From contig JBBDIE010000175.1 of the NCBI GenBank assembly GCA_040880545.1, forward strand, positions 6,569 to 70,568: a stretch of DNA of 64,000 bases. The letters are read 5' to 3'. The notes below the pieces were generated by a model. The model was not told the DNA's origin. It worked only from the letters and a program-made list of their open reading frames with translations, and ran no database searches. Source of the DNA: Bacteroidales bacterium (GTDB lineage Bacteria > Bacteroidota > Bacteroidia > Bacteroidales > GCA-2748055). This document shows positions 1-10,153 of this stretch, in pieces; within the stretch, counting starts at the first letter, position 1; each line of letters begins with the position of its first letter. The position numbers were made by a program, and so were the translations under genes.

Positions 1-724
1 GGGTAATCACTATGGCAATGACAGGCCTGATAACAACCCAAACGATCGGGGGAACCAGACTCCACGTACAAATGAGAACAGGGGCAATCAATATGGCAAT
101 GACAGGCCGGACAATAATCCCAACGATCGCGGGAACCAAACTCCCCGTTCAAATGAAAACAAGGGTAACAGCAATGATGTGAAGAGGAGTACTTCAGGAT
201 CCCAGGATAATGGTTCAAATAAGGAGGTACAAACAACACGTCCTTCTTCAAGCCAGGGAAACACACAGTCGCAGGAAAACAGAAACTATACACCAGGTTA
301 CACACAGCCCAGGAGTAACTCCGGGTCAGAAAAGGTAACTACAACCAGGCCAGCTACAAGTAGCAGCAACGGATATACGAGACCTGCCACCACTAGCAGT
401 TCAAGGAAAAGCAGCAGTACCTATACCAGGCCAAGCAGCAGTAGCACCAATACAAGGCCCAGCAGCAGCAGTACCTATACAAGGCCCAGCAGCTCAAGTA
501 GCAGCAGTTCCTACAGCAGGCCAAGCAGCAGTAGCTCAAATCGCAGCAGCAGTTCTTATTCAAGGCCCAGTAGTTCAAGCCGGAGCAGCAGTTCATACAG
601 CAGCCCAAGCAGTGGCAGTTCAAGTCGCAGTAGTTCATCCTACAGCAGTGGTTCAAGGAGCAGTTCCAGCGGGTCCAGCAGTTCAAGCAGCAGCAGCTCG
701 AGCCGCAGTTCTTCACGAAGATAA
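1..724 (+). CDS. Ser/Arg/Asn-rich low-complexity protein, 5'-truncated by the window edge
   Basis: Frame 2 is open from base 2 to the TAA at 722-724, so the ORF-track GTG at 179 is internal. The N-terminal part is two 27-aa repeats (GN[HQ]YGNDRPDNNPNDRGNQTPR[TS]NEN[RK]). The last ~120 aa iterate S(n)-Y-[ST]-RP and are built largely from AGC codons. No recognisable domain. Confidence 0.5.
   Translation, partial: GNHYGNDRPDNNPNDRGNQTPRTNENRGNQYGNDRPDNNPNDRGNQTPRSNENKGNSNDVKRSTSGSQDNGSNKEVQTTRPSSSQGNTQSQENRNYTPGYTQPRSNSGSEKVTTTRPATSSSNGYTRPATTSSSRKSSSTYTRPSSSSTNTRPSSSSTYTRPSSSSSSSSYSRPSSSSSNRSSSSYSRPSSSSRSSSSYSSPSSGSSSRSSSSYSSGSRSSSSGSSSSSSSSSSRSSSRR
2..163 (+). repeat. Two tandem in-frame copies of an 81-nt unit inside the Ser-rich CDS
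   Basis: Bases 2-82 and 83-163 align base for base with a few substitutions (ggtaatcactatggcaatgacaggcctgataacaaccc... versus ggcaatcaatatggcaatgacaggccggacaataatcc...). Confidence 0.85.
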
Positions 725-746
725 TACGTACATATTATTTTTAATT

Positions 747-770
747 CCGGGGGAGTTATCCTCCCGGTTT
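747..770 (+). terminator. Weak hairpin plus TTT between the Ser-rich CDS and the OMP gene (possible attenuator or terminator)
   Basis: ccgggggag/ctcccgg stem with one bulged G, followed by ttt. The stem is short and the T-tract is short. Confidence 0.3.
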
Positions 771-790
771 CATAACGTAATTCGAAAAAA

Positions 791-2269
791 ATGAAAACAA
801 GTTATTATATATCTGTAATAGTCCTGTTTCTGGCTGTTTCAGTTTCAGCACAGGATCAGATACAGGCATTCCGTTTCTCTCAGGTCTATCCTGTAGGAAC
901 CGCACGCTATACATCCATGGGTGGTGCATTTGGAGCGATCGGCGGCGATTTTACCGCTGCTTCCCAAAATCCAGCCGGTTTAGGGATTTTCCGAAACTCA
1001 GAGTTTACCATTACTCCTTCTTACATTCTGAATAATTCCAGATCCAAATACCTCGGTGAATCAAACAGGGACTTCGCCACTAATATGAGTATCGGTAATT
1101 TAGGACTTGTGACTTCGTACAATACTGGCAGGAATGAAGGATTGGCAGGCGCAACTTTCGCTTTTGGATATAATGCACTCAATAACTTTCATAGTACAGC
1201 ACTTATGCATGGTATTAATGAAAACACCTCTCTATTGGATAATTTTGCATGGTATGCCAATAATAACAATGAGCTGGATATCTTTTATGAGGACCTGGCA
1301 AATGAAATTGGCCTGATGCCTCTGGATACTGTACAGAACGAGTACTGGCATTATCTGCAGCCTTATGATGATATCGGATATGATGGATATGGACAGGAAC
1401 AGATAAGGGTGCTTGAGCGTCGTGGAAACATTGGAGAGTATGCATTCTCAGCCGCGATGAATATCAGCCACAAACTTTATTTAGGTGGTACTGTGGGCAT
1501 CCATTCAGTAAGGTTTTATGAGGATATTTACCAAAAAGAGACAGATATAAATGACCTGGAACCTGAATTTGAATCGTTCCGTTTTGGAGAGTATAATTCA
1601 ACCAGGGGCTATGGTTATGTCTTTAAGATTGGGTTGATATTTAAACCAATTCATATTTTAAGAATCGGGGCATCATTCCATGCACCGGTTATTTACCAGC
1701 TGACAGACGATAAATTTACAGAATTAAATAGTTATTGGGACTCCAATTCAGGGTTAACCAATGATTATGCTTCCTCCGGGCTGTTTTCAAAAGAATACAC
1801 ACTACGTACACCTTACAGGGCTTCCCTGAGTACTACAGTATTATTGGGAAAATTAGGATTGATAGCTGCAGAATATGAATATGTGGATTACTCCTCATCG
1901 GATCTTGATAGTCCGGGATATAAATTTGTTAATGAGAATAGTTCCATTGCAAGGGATTTTGGAGTGGCACATAATCTGAAGGCAGGAGCAGAAATTAGAC
2001 TAAACCCGGTATATCTCAGAGCAGGGGCTCAGTATTATATGAATCCTTATACCGAAGCAGCCAATGGTTCCGACATTCTTGTTTACAGTGGTGGAATTGG
2101 GGTGAAAGTCAATCAAACATTTATAGATGTTGCCTACTCGTTGAGAACCAGTTCTGAAACCTACGGACTGTACCAACATTTTTCATCAGATGTTGAAAAT
2201 GAATTTGAAATATCCGACATAGCATACACCAGAACCAACGTAATGGTCACACTTGGCTATAAGTTTTAA
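791..2269 (+). CDS. Outer-membrane beta-barrel protein, FadL/OmpP1/PorV-like
   Basis: Signal peptide ending VSAQ. N-terminal motif ARYTSMGGAFGAIGGDFTAASQNPAGLG is typical of FadL/PorV-type barrels. Alternating beta-strand pattern. C-terminal ...VTLGYKF with a terminal aromatic residue. Confidence 0.7.
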   Translation: MKTSYYISVIVLFLAVSVSAQDQIQAFRFSQVYPVGTARYTSMGGAFGAIGGDFTAASQNPAGLGIFRNSEFTITPSYILNNSRSKYLGESNRDFATNMSIGNLGLVTSYNTGRNEGLAGATFAFGYNALNNFHSTALMHGINENTSLLDNFAWYANNNNELDIFYEDLANEIGLMPLDTVQNEYWHYLQPYDDIGYDGYGQEQIRVLERRGNIGEYAFSAAMNISHKLYLGGTVGIHSVRFYEDIYQKETDINDLEPEFESFRFGEYNSTRGYGYVFKIGLIFKPIHILRIGASFHAPVIYQLTDDKFTELNSYWDSNSGLTNDYASSGLFSKEYTLRTPYRASLSTTVLLGKLGLIAAEYEYVDYSSSDLDSPGYKFVNENSSIARDFGVAHNLKAGAEIRLNPVYLRAGAQYYMNPYTEAANGSDILVYSGGIGVKVNQTFIDVAYSLRTSSETYGLYQHFSSDVENEFEISDIAYTRTNVMVTLGYKF

Positions 2270-2291
2270 TATTGATCTGTTATAAAATCAG

Positions 2292-2326
2292 CCCGGCAGA
2301 ATGAATAACTGCCGGGTTTGTTATTT
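2292..2326. terminator. Bidirectional intrinsic terminator between the convergent OMP and wbqC genes
   Basis: 8-bp GC-rich stem cccggcag (2292-2299) / ctgccggg (2309-2316), followed by tttgttattt. Confidence 0.6.
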
Positions 2327-2950
2327 CACCAAGATGCTGTCTGACAGGACCTTCCCGGCATTGCTTCCTTCGTTAAACAGCAGATCCAGGATGCTCAGTT
2401 CAGAAACGAATCCATGTCTGTCTGAAAAGACCTGGTGATAGGGGATCGGATGATAGGCATACCGGTGATGCCTGAAAGCTTTTTTTGGGTGAATAACCTC
2501 GCTGATATCTGTGCCAGGCTCGGGAGAATGATATGTTTCAGTACGATCCAGGTTCATCTGCCTGCCAAACAGACTCAGACTGGCCCGCAGGAGTTCAAAA
2601 TTAAAATCTGCAAGAAATTTATAATGCTTCAGGTAAAATGGAATGAAGGAATCGTTAATAAATTCAAAGAATGGGGCAGAGGAATAGGCTGAACTTATGC
2701 TCCTCCAATGGTTATGCTGCCATTTGGTGTCGTAGTCGATCCTGACATCCTTCATCAATAACCTGGTTCCATGAACCTTTACAATGGGTATCACAAGATT
2801 GATGACACCGTTGGCTCCGAGAATCCTGCACCGGTTCCGGTAGGTCTGCTTTGAATAATGGTCAAATTGCTCTATTACAGTCTTGTTACCGTGTTGCAAC
2901 AGTAAAGAAAAGTAAGAGACCGGTGCATTGTAATAGCAGGGAAGGACCAT
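2321..2950 (-). CDS. WbqC family protein
   Basis: 209 aa. Contains YFSLL...QFDHYSKQTYRNRCRILGANG...HWRSISSAYSSAPFFEF...ILDLLFNEG, which is characteristic of WbqC-like proteins. The usual Bacteroidota position after lepB. Confidence 0.8.
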   Translation of the reverse strand: MVLPCYYNAPVSYFSLLLQHGNKTVIEQFDHYSKQTYRNRCRILGANGVINLVIPIVKVHGTRLLMKDVRIDYDTKWQHNHWRSISSAYSSAPFFEFINDSFIPFYLKHYKFLADFNFELLRASLSLFGRQMNLDRTETYHSPEPGTDISEVIHPKKAFRHHRYAYHPIPYHQVFSDRHGFVSELSILDLLFNEGSNAGKVLSDSILVK

Positions 2951-2962
2951 GCTGAAAAGTGC

Positions 2963-4372
2963 TTATCTGTTGCTTCTTACAATTTTAAAGAATCTGTTCC
3001 AGCGGACACCCCCATACTCTTTATCGACACTTAACCAGATTACACGAGGTTTTCCTATGATGTGGTCCTCAGGTACAAACCCCCAAAAACGGGAATCGGC
3101 CGAATTGTGTCTGTTATCACCCATCATGAAGTAGTAATCCATTTCAAAGGTATAGCTGTCTGCAGGTACTCCATTAATCATGATGGTACTGTCAGAAATC
3201 TCCAGTTCATTGCTTTCGTACGCCTCAATGATACGTCGGTAAAGAGGGAGGTTCTCCAGGGTTAAATGCACCTGCTCTCCCTTGGCAGGGATTTTTAACG
3301 GTCCGTAAAATTCTGCATTCCATGGGTAATCCATACTATGAGGGAAGGCACTACGGTCATATTCCCCCGCTTCATACATCTGTAATGGCCTAACATGGCT
3401 GATACCAGGGAATTGTGAAATGGCTTTTGCACCTTCAACTGACAAAGGAAACATATAATTTGGATTATTCCTGACATCGGCTGATTGCCTGGGGATACCA
3501 AATTTTTCCACTGATTTGGGATTTAGTGGTGATCCGTCGGTGGTAACGCGGTATAATTGTTGAATACCCTGATATGCAGGCTGAGGTTCACCGTTTACGA
3601 CAATCATGTTCTCCCTTACAACCAATTCATCACCGGGTATTGCCACACAACGTTTTATATAATTATCTCGTCGGTCAACCGGTCTGGTTTCAATGTCGTA
3701 GAGTTTATGAATCTGTTTCCTGGCATAATTTTCATAAATCTCATACTTTAACTGCCTGTTATTTTTTGTCTTGTCTCTTTCCATGAGATCATAGGCCTCA
3801 TCCCTTACCAGATCATAATAATCAAAATTTCCTTTGGCATATAACCTGTGATCCGACGGTTCAAGTGCCACGGTATCGGAGGCCGGGAAATTGAAAACCA
3901 CCATGTCATCCCTTTTAACATCACTGAAACCTTTGAGCCTCTTGTAAGGTCTCCTGATCCATTCGAGGTACGTCTTCTTGTTCAATATAGTGTTGGGAAG
4001 GAAAGGAACAGCGAGAGGCGTATTTGGAGTCCTGGGGCCGTAGGCGGTCTTACTCACATACAGGTGATCACCCACAAGCAGGGTGCCCTCCATGGAAGGA
4101 GTAGGGATCTTATAGTTTTGAAAAAGAAAAAGGTTGATCAGTGAAACGGCAACCACAGCAAATATCAAAGCGTCGAGCCATTCAATGATCACATGATTCT
4201 TCCTGCCCCGTTTTTTCCAGAACGACCAGTTGACTTTTTTACTTACATAAATATCGAATACAATGGGCAATCCGAACAGGAACCAGTAATTACCAAGCCA
4301 AACCACGAACAGAATATATAATCCTGAAGCTATCCCAAATCGTGTATATTTATCCTTAAAATAATTCTTCAT
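2963..4372 (-). CDS. lepB: Signal peptidase I (S26), copy 1
   Basis: N-terminal TM segments. [10 protein letters not shown] (catalytic Ser box), [11 protein letters not shown], and [25 protein letters not shown] (S26 boxes D/E). Confidence 0.9.
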   Translation of the reverse strand: MKNYFKDKYTRFGIASGLYILFVVWLGNYWFLFGLPIVFDIYVSKKVNWSFWKKRGRKNHVIIEWLDALIFAVVAVSLINLFLFQNYKIPTPSMEGTLLVGDHLYVSKTAYGPRTPNTPLAVPFLPNTILNKKTYLEWIRRPYKRLKGFSDVKRDDMVVFNFPASDTVALEPSDHRLYAKGNFDYYDLVRDEAYDLMERDKTKNNRQLKYEIYENYARKQIHKLYDIETRPVDRRDNYIKRCVAIPGDELVVRENMIVVNGEPQPAYQGIQQLYRVTTDGSPLNPKSVEKFGIPRQSADVRNNPNYMFPLSVEGAKAISQFPGISHVRPLQMYEAGEYDRSAFPHSMDYPWNAEFYGPLKIPAKGEQVHLTLENLPLYRRIIEAYESNELEISDSTIMINGVPADSYTFEMDYYFMMGDNRHNSADSRFWGFVPEDHIIGKPRVIWLSVDKEYGGVRWNRFFKIVRSNR

Positions 4373-4381
4373 TATCGCTGT

Positions 4382-5701
4382 TTAATTAATGCGTTTAAAG
4401 ATACGGTCTTTTCTTAAACCCCCAACAAAAGAATCATTGGGATCTGATGACAGCCATATTGTAACTGCCTTACCCAGCAGATGGTCCTCAGGTATAAAAC
4501 CCCAGTGTCTCGAATCAGCAGTATTATGCCTGTTATCACCCAGTACAAAATAGTAATTCATTTTGAATGTATAGGTCTCTGACACTTTCCCGTTAACATA
4601 ATATTTTCCGTCGTTAAATATAACGTGGTTCATTTCATAGACTTCAATGGCTCGGGAATAAACCGGGTAGGTATATGGATCAAGTTTTACCGTCATCTCC
4701 CTGGCAGGAATTACCAGAGGCCCAAACAGGTCATTGGTCCATTTGTACCTCTGATCATGAGGGAATATCTCTGGGTTGTTGAAAGACAGGACCGGTTCCA
4801 CAAACCTTTGAATGCTTCTTACTTCCGGAAAATTATTTAGCAGCATCGACTGTTCAATGGTAAGATAGATAACGTGAAGGGAGTTGGCCGGATTGTAGGT
4901 GATCTCATTATTAAGGATATTTAATGAATCCAGCAGAATTTCAGGCAGTGCTTCGCCCTTAGTTTTGACATAAAATTTAAGTTTCTGTTGTGGCAGGAAT
5001 TCGACCAATTGCCGGTTTACTGTCAGGCGCCCGTCCATGATTTCGATGGTATCTCCGGGAAGGCCGACGCATCTTTTGATGTAGTTTTCGCGACGGTCCA
5101 CCGGATGTGAGATAACGTTAAAATGTTCATGGATATACTGCTTTCCGTATTGCCTTACCAGTGAATAATAATTCTGACCAGGGTACTCAACTATCATGGA
5201 ATCTCCTTCAGGAAATGAGAAGACGATCACATCTCCACGCTTAACCCTTGAAATACCGTTTAATCGTTTGTATGGCTTTAATAATTTTTCCGAATATGTC
5301 TTCTTCCCATTGGGCAGATAATCGGGTAAAAAAGGCCAGCTCAGGGGTGTATTGGGAAGTTTTGGTCCGTAAGCCAGCTTACTGACAAAGATATAATCTC
5401 CCGCTTTCAGACTTCCCTCCATGGAGGAAGTAGGAATTTTATAAGCTTCTACGAACAGCACCTTTATTGCAGTGGTTATAAATATGGCTATGGCAATGTA
5501 ACCTGTCCATTCCAGAGTTTTAGCGATTTTATTTGGAACAGGATAGTGTTTGTTCAATTTGGGAATAACCCTGCTGATGAAGTAATCAAAAATGATCAAA
5601 TTAAAAAGCAGGAACCAGTATGCAGTGGTCCAGATAACCAGCATAGACCAAAGCAGCATCCAGATCAGGAACCAGGTAATTCGTCTTCGGGGTATGTTCA
5701 T
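4382..5701 (-). CDS. lepB: Signal peptidase I (S26), copy 2 (tandem paralogue)
   Basis: IPTSSMEGSL, YIKRCVGLPGD, GDNRHNTADSRHWGFIPEDHLLGKA. Same architecture as the downstream copy. Confidence 0.9.
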   Translation of the reverse strand: MNIPRRRITWFLIWMLLWSMLVIWTTAYWFLLFNLIIFDYFISRVIPKLNKHYPVPNKIAKTLEWTGYIAIAIFITTAIKVLFVEAYKIPTSSMEGSLKAGDYIFVSKLAYGPKLPNTPLSWPFLPDYLPNGKKTYSEKLLKPYKRLNGISRVKRGDVIVFSFPEGDSMIVEYPGQNYYSLVRQYGKQYIHEHFNVISHPVDRRENYIKRCVGLPGDTIEIMDGRLTVNRQLVEFLPQQKLKFYVKTKGEALPEILLDSLNILNNEITYNPANSLHVIYLTIEQSMLLNNFPEVRSIQRFVEPVLSFNNPEIFPHDQRYKWTNDLFGPLVIPAREMTVKLDPYTYPVYSRAIEVYEMNHVIFNDGKYYVNGKVSETYTFKMNYYFVLGDNRHNTADSRHWGFIPEDHLLGKAVTIWLSSDPNDSFVGGLRKDRIFKRIN

Positions 5702-5704
5702 CGG

Positions 5705-6418
5705 TTACAAATTGAGCATTTCCTGCATACTGTGTATTCCTGACTTTCCTTGCATATATTCAGCAGCCAGAACTGCACCAGTTGCAAAACCTACCCTTGA
5801 TTTGGCATTGTGAGATATACTAATTGTATCTATTTCAGATTCGTAAGTAACACAGTGGTAACCACTCACTTCACCTTCTCGTTTGGAATTAATGTAAATA
5901 TTTTTCGGCTCACCCTCTTTGCGTGTCCAGGAATTTTTGGAAGAGATTTTTTCTGTAATCTGATTTGCCAGGGAAATAGCAGTACCACTCGGAGCATCCA
6001 GTTTATGGACATGGTGGATCTCTTCTATGGAGACATCATATTCCTGAAAGTTTTGCATGATCTCAGCCAGGCGTGTATTCATGGCAAATAACACATTAAC
6101 GCCAATACTGAAATTTGATGCATAGAACAGACCGCCGTTTGTTTCATTGCAGAGCTTTATTGCCTGATCCAGCTTATCCAGCCAACCTGTAGTTCCGGAT
6201 ACAACGGGAACATTTTCCCTGATGCAGACAGAGATATTCTGAAATGCTGAATCGGGCGTTGAAAATTCGATGGCCACATCAATGTCGCGGAGATTTTCCT
6301 GGTTCAGATCTCCGGCGTTGGTCACATCAATGATCAGACCTATGGTATGTCCCCGTAATTCTGATATCCGGGCAATTTCACGTCCCATTTTACCGTATCC
6401 GATGATGGCTATATTCAT
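5705..6418 (-). CDS. dapB: 4-hydroxy-tetrahydrodipicolinate reductase
   Basis: MNIAIIGYGKMGREI Rossmann start, EFSTP, VSGTTGW, HHVHKLDAPSGTA. I use the internal ATG (cat at 6416-6418), because the 30-aa extension in the ORF track has no homologous meaning. Confidence 0.9.
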   Translation of the reverse strand: MNIAIIGYGKMGREIARISELRGHTIGLIIDVTNAGDLNQENLRDIDVAIEFSTPDSAFQNISVCIRENVPVVSGTTGWLDKLDQAIKLCNETNGGLFYASNFSIGVNVLFAMNTRLAEIMQNFQEYDVSIEEIHHVHKLDAPSGTAISLANQITEKISSKNSWTRKEGEPKNIYINSKREGEVSGYHCVTYESEIDTISISHNAKSRVGFATGAVLAAEYMQGKSGIHSMQEMLNL

Positions 6419-6518
6419 GATTGTTTGTTTGATAATGCAAAAATAATATAAAAGATATATAATACTGTGTGATTGTATGGCCGAAGTGCAGGCACTCTCC
6501 ATAAGCACTGCTGTTCAA

Positions 6519-6550
6519 CAAAAAAAGGGTGTCTGTTGAGACACCCTTTC
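6519..6550 (-). terminator. Intrinsic terminator after rplT
   Basis: On the minus strand: gaaagggtgtc-tcaaca-gacaccctttttttg. A 9-bp stem followed by a T-run, about 20 nt after the rplT stop. Confidence 0.7.
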
Positions 6551-6568
6551 ATATATTTCCGGAAAAAT

Positions 6569-6913
6569 TTATTTTACTTTTTTCACGATAGACTCAAACG
6601 TTTTGGGATCGTTCATGGCCAGATCGGCCAGCACCTTTCGGTTGAGGTCGATCCCATTACTCTTGAGTTTATGCATGAATTCAGAGTAGGACATACCATA
6701 TTCGCGTACAGCTGCATTAATCCTTTGTATCCATAGTGCGCGAAATTCTGCTTTTTTCTTTCTACGGTCACGATAGGCATATTGCAACCCTTTATCGTGG
6801 GCATTTTTTGCTACTGTCCAGACATTTTTTCTTCTGCCCCAGTAACCCCGTGTTCTTTTCAGAACCTTTTTTCTTTTTTGTCTTGACGCTACCGCGTTAA
6901 CTGATCTTGGCAT
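6569..6913 (-). CDS. rplT: 50S ribosomal protein L20
   Basis: [30 protein letters not shown]...[20 protein letters not shown]. Full-length L20 signature. Confidence 0.97.
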   Translation of the reverse strand: MPRSVNAVASRQKRKKVLKRTRGYWGRRKNVWTVAKNAHDKGLQYAYRDRRKKKAEFRALWIQRINAAVREYGMSYSEFMHKLKSNGIDLNRKVLADLAMNDPKTFESIVKKVK

Positions 6914-7004
6914 TTTTCATTGTTTTTTGGATGACAGCGCTCGAATTATTCGAGACTTTCAGGCTTGGCATCCTGGTTAATCACTAATTACCTTTATGTA
7001 ATTT

Positions 7005-7202
7005 TTACTTCATTGAGAGCAATTGCTTTATATTCTTCTGATCCGCGTGGTGTACCTCACCAAAATAGGTCAGGTTTCTTTTACGCTTCTTAGATTTCTT
7101 GGTCAAAATATGACTTTTGAAAGCATGCTTTCTCTTGATTTTTCCTGTTCCGGTAAGCGAAAAACGTTTTTTTGCTCCCGGATTGGTTTTCATCTTCGGC
7201 AT
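7005..7202 (-). CDS. rpmI: 50S ribosomal protein L35
   Basis: [39 protein letters not shown]. 65 aa. Confidence 0.97.
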   Translation of the reverse strand: MPKMKTNPGAKKRFSLTGTGKIKRKHAFKSHILTKKSKKRKRNLTYFGEVHHADQKNIKQLLSMK

Positions 7203-7230
7203 TTCAAAAAATATTAACTGTTTAACTAAA

Positions 7231-7794
7231 CTATTTTTTACTCTTAACTTTTGGAGAAAGGAACATCGTCATTCGTTTCCCTTCCAACTTTGGAAGCTGT
7301 TCAACTTTAGCCACATCTTCCAGATCCTGTGCAAGCCGGAGAAGCAAAATCTCTCCTTTCTCTTTAAATAAAATGGTCCTTCCCTTAAAGAACACAAATG
7401 CTTTTACTTTCGCTCCCTCCTCGATGAACTTCACTGCATGTTTCATCTTAAACTCATAATCGTGCTCATCAGTATTGGGGCCGAATCGAATCTCCTTCAC
7501 CACAATTTTTGTGGTTTTGGCTTTCATCTCCTTCTGTTTCTTTTTCTGTTGATAAAGAAACTTCTGATAATCAACAACCCTGCAAACTGGGGGGTCGGCA
7601 TTCGGCGAAATTTCCACCAGGTCCAAATCCAGTCCGTCGGCAATTTTAAGTGCTTCCGAGAGGGTATATACTCCGGGTGTTTCTAAATTCTCTCCAACGA
7701 CTCGAACTGTTGCTGCTCGAATTCGTTCGTTTACTTTGTGTTGAGGTTCCGGTTTACGGTCTCTTCTGTAATTTCTGCCACCAGGTCTGGCCAT
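7231..7794 (-). CDS. infC: Translation initiation factor IF-3
   Basis: [17 protein letters not shown]...[22 protein letters not shown]...[17 protein letters not shown] at 7792-7794. Confidence 0.95.
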   Translation of the reverse strand: MARPGGRNYRRDRKPEPQHKVNERIRAATVRVVGENLETPGVYTLSEALKIADGLDLDLVEISPNADPPVCRVVDYQKFLYQQKKKQKEMKAKTTKIVVKEIRFGPNTDEHDYEFKMKHAVKFIEEGAKVKAFVFFKGRTILFKEKGEILLLRLAQDLEDVAKVEQLPKLEGKRMTMFLSPKVKSKK

Positions 7795-7819
7795 AAAAAT
7801 ATTTTAATTTTTGAGATTT

Positions 7820-9772
7820 CTAAATGGTATCAATTGATTCCAATTGATTTTCCACTTCTTGTGAAATAAATTTTGCAAATTCTTCAAGGTTCATAGCTCC
7901 TTTGTCTCCTTCTCCCTGTCTTCTGACGGAGATTGTATTACTTGCTGCCTCCTTTTCTCCAACGATGAGCAAGTAGGGGATGCGCTTTAACTCACTATCC
8001 CTGATCTTTTTACCTATTTTTTCACTCCTCTCGTCAATCAGGGTGCGAATATCGTAATTATTTAGGAATTTTGAAACTTTTTCTGCATAATCATGGTACT
8101 TTTCACTGATGGGGAGGATCACAGCCTGGTCAGGTGTCAGCCATAAAGGAAATTTTCCGCCTGTATGCTCTATAAGCACTGCAACAAACCTTTCCATACT
8201 TCCAAAGGGTGCACGGTGGATCATGATGGGCCGGTGTTTCAGGTTATCAGCGCCTGTATATTCAAGTTCGAACCTCTCGGGCAGGTTATAATCGACCTGG
8301 ATCGTTCCAAGTTGCCATTTTCTGCCAATGGCATCCCTTACCATGAAGTCCAGTTTCGGTCCGTAGAAAGCTGCTTCGCCATATTCGATTATGGTTTCCA
8401 GCTTCTTTTCCTCCGCAGCCGCAATGATCGCCTTTTCTGCCTTTTCCCAGTTTTCATCACTACCGATATACTTTTCATGATCAGTCTTGTCCCTGAGTGA
8501 TATCTGGGTTATATAGTCATTAAAATCAAGGGCTTTGAATATGTGGTGAATAATATCGATCACTTTTATAAATTCCTCTTTCAGTTGGTCCGGACGACAG
8601 AATATGTGTGCATCGTCCTGGGTAAAGCCACGAACCCGTGTAAGGCCATGAAGCTCTCCACTCTGCTCGTACCTGTAAACAGTGCCGAATTCAGCCATGC
8701 GTACCGGTAAATCACGATAGGAACGGGGTTTTGAACTATATATTTCGCAATGATGGGGACAGTTCATCGGTTTCAGCAGAAATTCCTCGCCTTCCTGCGG
8801 CGTGGATATGGGCTGAAAACTGTCTTTACCATATTTTTCGTAATGGCCCGAAGTAATATACAAATCTTTTAGCCCGATATGTGGTGTGATCACCTGTTCG
8901 TATCCATACTTACGCTGGACCCTTTTCAGGAAATTCTCCAGCCGTTCACGGAGCTGTGCCCCCTTGGGCAGCCATAGCGGCAGCCCCTGACCCACACGCT
9001 GGGAAAATGTAAAAAGCTCCAGTTCCTTTCCAACTTTCCTGTGATCCCGCTCTTTGGCTTTTTCCAGCTTATCCAGAAATTCTTCCAGCATGGCCTGCTT
9101 GGGGAATGTAATGCCATAAATTCGCGTCAGTTGTTTGCGTTTTTCATCCCCCCTCCAATAGGCTCCGGCCAGGCTGAGCAGTTTGATGGCTTTGATGGGT
9201 GACGTATCAGGAAGGTGCGGCCCTCTGCAAAGATCCGTAAATTTCCCCTGTTTATACAGCGTTATGGTACCATCTTCCAGGTCTGAAATCAGCTCTGTCT
9301 TATATTCATCCCCCTTCTGACCAAACAGTTTCAGGGCATCCTCCTTACTGATCTCTTCTCTTATAAATGAGCTCTTCTGAGAGGAGAGCTCCTTCATCTT
9401 CTGCTCTATTCGTGGAAGATCGGCATCAGTTATAGCAACATCATCCCCTGTGTCAACATCGTAATAAAAACCATTTTCGATGGCCGGGCCAATACCGAAT
9501 TTTGTTCCCGGGTAAAGTACTTCAATGGCTTCAGCCATCAGGTGGGCCGATGAGTGCCAAAACGCGTGTGAAGCTTCATCATCACCCCATTTGTGTAACC
9601 TAATCTCGGCATCCCGGGTGATAGGACGTGTCAGATCCCAGATTTCCTCATTCACTGATACAGCCAGTACCTCCCTGGCAAGACTGTTGCTGAGAGATTT
9701 TGCGATTCCCAACCCTGTTATTCCTTCTTCGAACTTCCGTACCGAATTGTCCGGAAACTTAATATTGATCAT
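7820..9772 (-). CDS. thrS: Threonine--tRNA ligase
   Basis: 650 aa. TGS-domain start [14 protein letters not shown], editing-domain HSSAHLMA, class II motifs ([39 protein letters not shown]), and a C-terminal anticodon-binding domain. Confidence 0.97.
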   Translation of the reverse strand: MINIKFPDNSVRKFEEGITGLGIAKSLSNSLAREVLAVSVNEEIWDLTRPITRDAEIRLHKWGDDEASHAFWHSSAHLMAEAIEVLYPGTKFGIGPAIENGFYYDVDTGDDVAITDADLPRIEQKMKELSSQKSSFIREEISKEDALKLFGQKGDEYKTELISDLEDGTITLYKQGKFTDLCRGPHLPDTSPIKAIKLLSLAGAYWRGDEKRKQLTRIYGITFPKQAMLEEFLDKLEKAKERDHRKVGKELELFTFSQRVGQGLPLWLPKGAQLRERLENFLKRVQRKYGYEQVITPHIGLKDLYITSGHYEKYGKDSFQPISTPQEGEEFLLKPMNCPHHCEIYSSKPRSYRDLPVRMAEFGTVYRYEQSGELHGLTRVRGFTQDDAHIFCRPDQLKEEFIKVIDIIHHIFKALDFNDYITQISLRDKTDHEKYIGSDENWEKAEKAIIAAAEEKKLETIIEYGEAAFYGPKLDFMVRDAIGRKWQLGTIQVDYNLPERFELEYTGADNLKHRPIMIHRAPFGSMERFVAVLIEHTGGKFPLWLTPDQAVILPISEKYHDYAEKVSKFLNNYDIRTLIDERSEKIGKKIRDSELKRIPYLLIVGEKEAASNTISVRRQGEGDKGAMNLEEFAKFISQEVENQLESIDTI

Positions 9773-9813
9773 ATTTCCTTTTTAAATAGTGTCTTTCCAT
9801 AATGTCCGATATA

Positions 9814-9999
9814 CTCATGAATAGTTTATTTTCAGTGGTATTCATGAGCTCGTAATGTTATTCCCTTCGGTCATGAGTTCCTGTTGGTCGGTTCACTCGG
9901 TTCTGCGCTATGCTCGTCGGGAAATTGCTCTTTAACGAAAGTAAACTGCGCATTTCCCGACTTCGCAACCGAAAAACTGAAAGTTTTGAGCTCATGACC
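9814..9999 (-). promoter_or_regulatory. Candidate structured 5' leader or cis-regulatory RNA of the thrS-infC-rpmI-rplT operon
   Basis: Nested helices: 9869-9877/9991-9999 (9 bp), 9898-9907/9964-9971, 9916-9925/9952-9961 (10 bp), 9930-9933/9938-9941. A separate 10-bp hairpin at 9814-9823/9839-9848. Alternative pairing 9843-9851/9988-9996. The strand is assigned by context only. Confidence 0.35.
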
Positions 10000-10153
10000 G
10001 CAGGGATTAACCCCTGATCCCGAACATATGATCCGGCCACTCAACATTATTGACAGACTCTAAATTGAGTCCGCAAATTTAGTAAAAAAAGGGGAGACTA
10101 TACCGAATACGATGTGCTGATTTCGTTTGATTTGGCCTGTTCATGAATTTGGT

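Noticed and set aside
393-716. 107-aa Cys/Leu/Asn-rich ORF antisense to the Ser-rich CDS
   Set aside because: It is the mirror image of the AGC/AGT repeats (GCT/CTG/TGC codons), so its open frame is a by-product of the repeat. No start context or domain.
5705-6508. Long (267-aa) version of dapB with a 30-aa N-terminal extension
   Set aside because: The extension (MLMESACTSAIQSHSIIYLLYYFCIIKQTI) precedes the canonical MNIAIIGYGKMG Rossmann start, and DapB proteins begin at that motif. The internal ATG at 6418 is used instead.
9858-10040. 60-aa ORF inside the thrS upstream region
   Set aside because: Arg/Ser-rich with no domain. It exactly overlaps the nested helices, which explain the sequence better as RNA/DNA structure.
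9773-10153. Possible SRP RNA, RNase P RNA, tmRNA or known riboswitch
   Set aside because: I could not find the hallmark motifs: the SRP domain IV GGAA/AGCA loops, the RNase P GAGGAAAGUCC motif, the tmRNA tag-reading frame, or the TPP/cobalamin/SAM/FMN core sequences. Left as an unclassified structured region.
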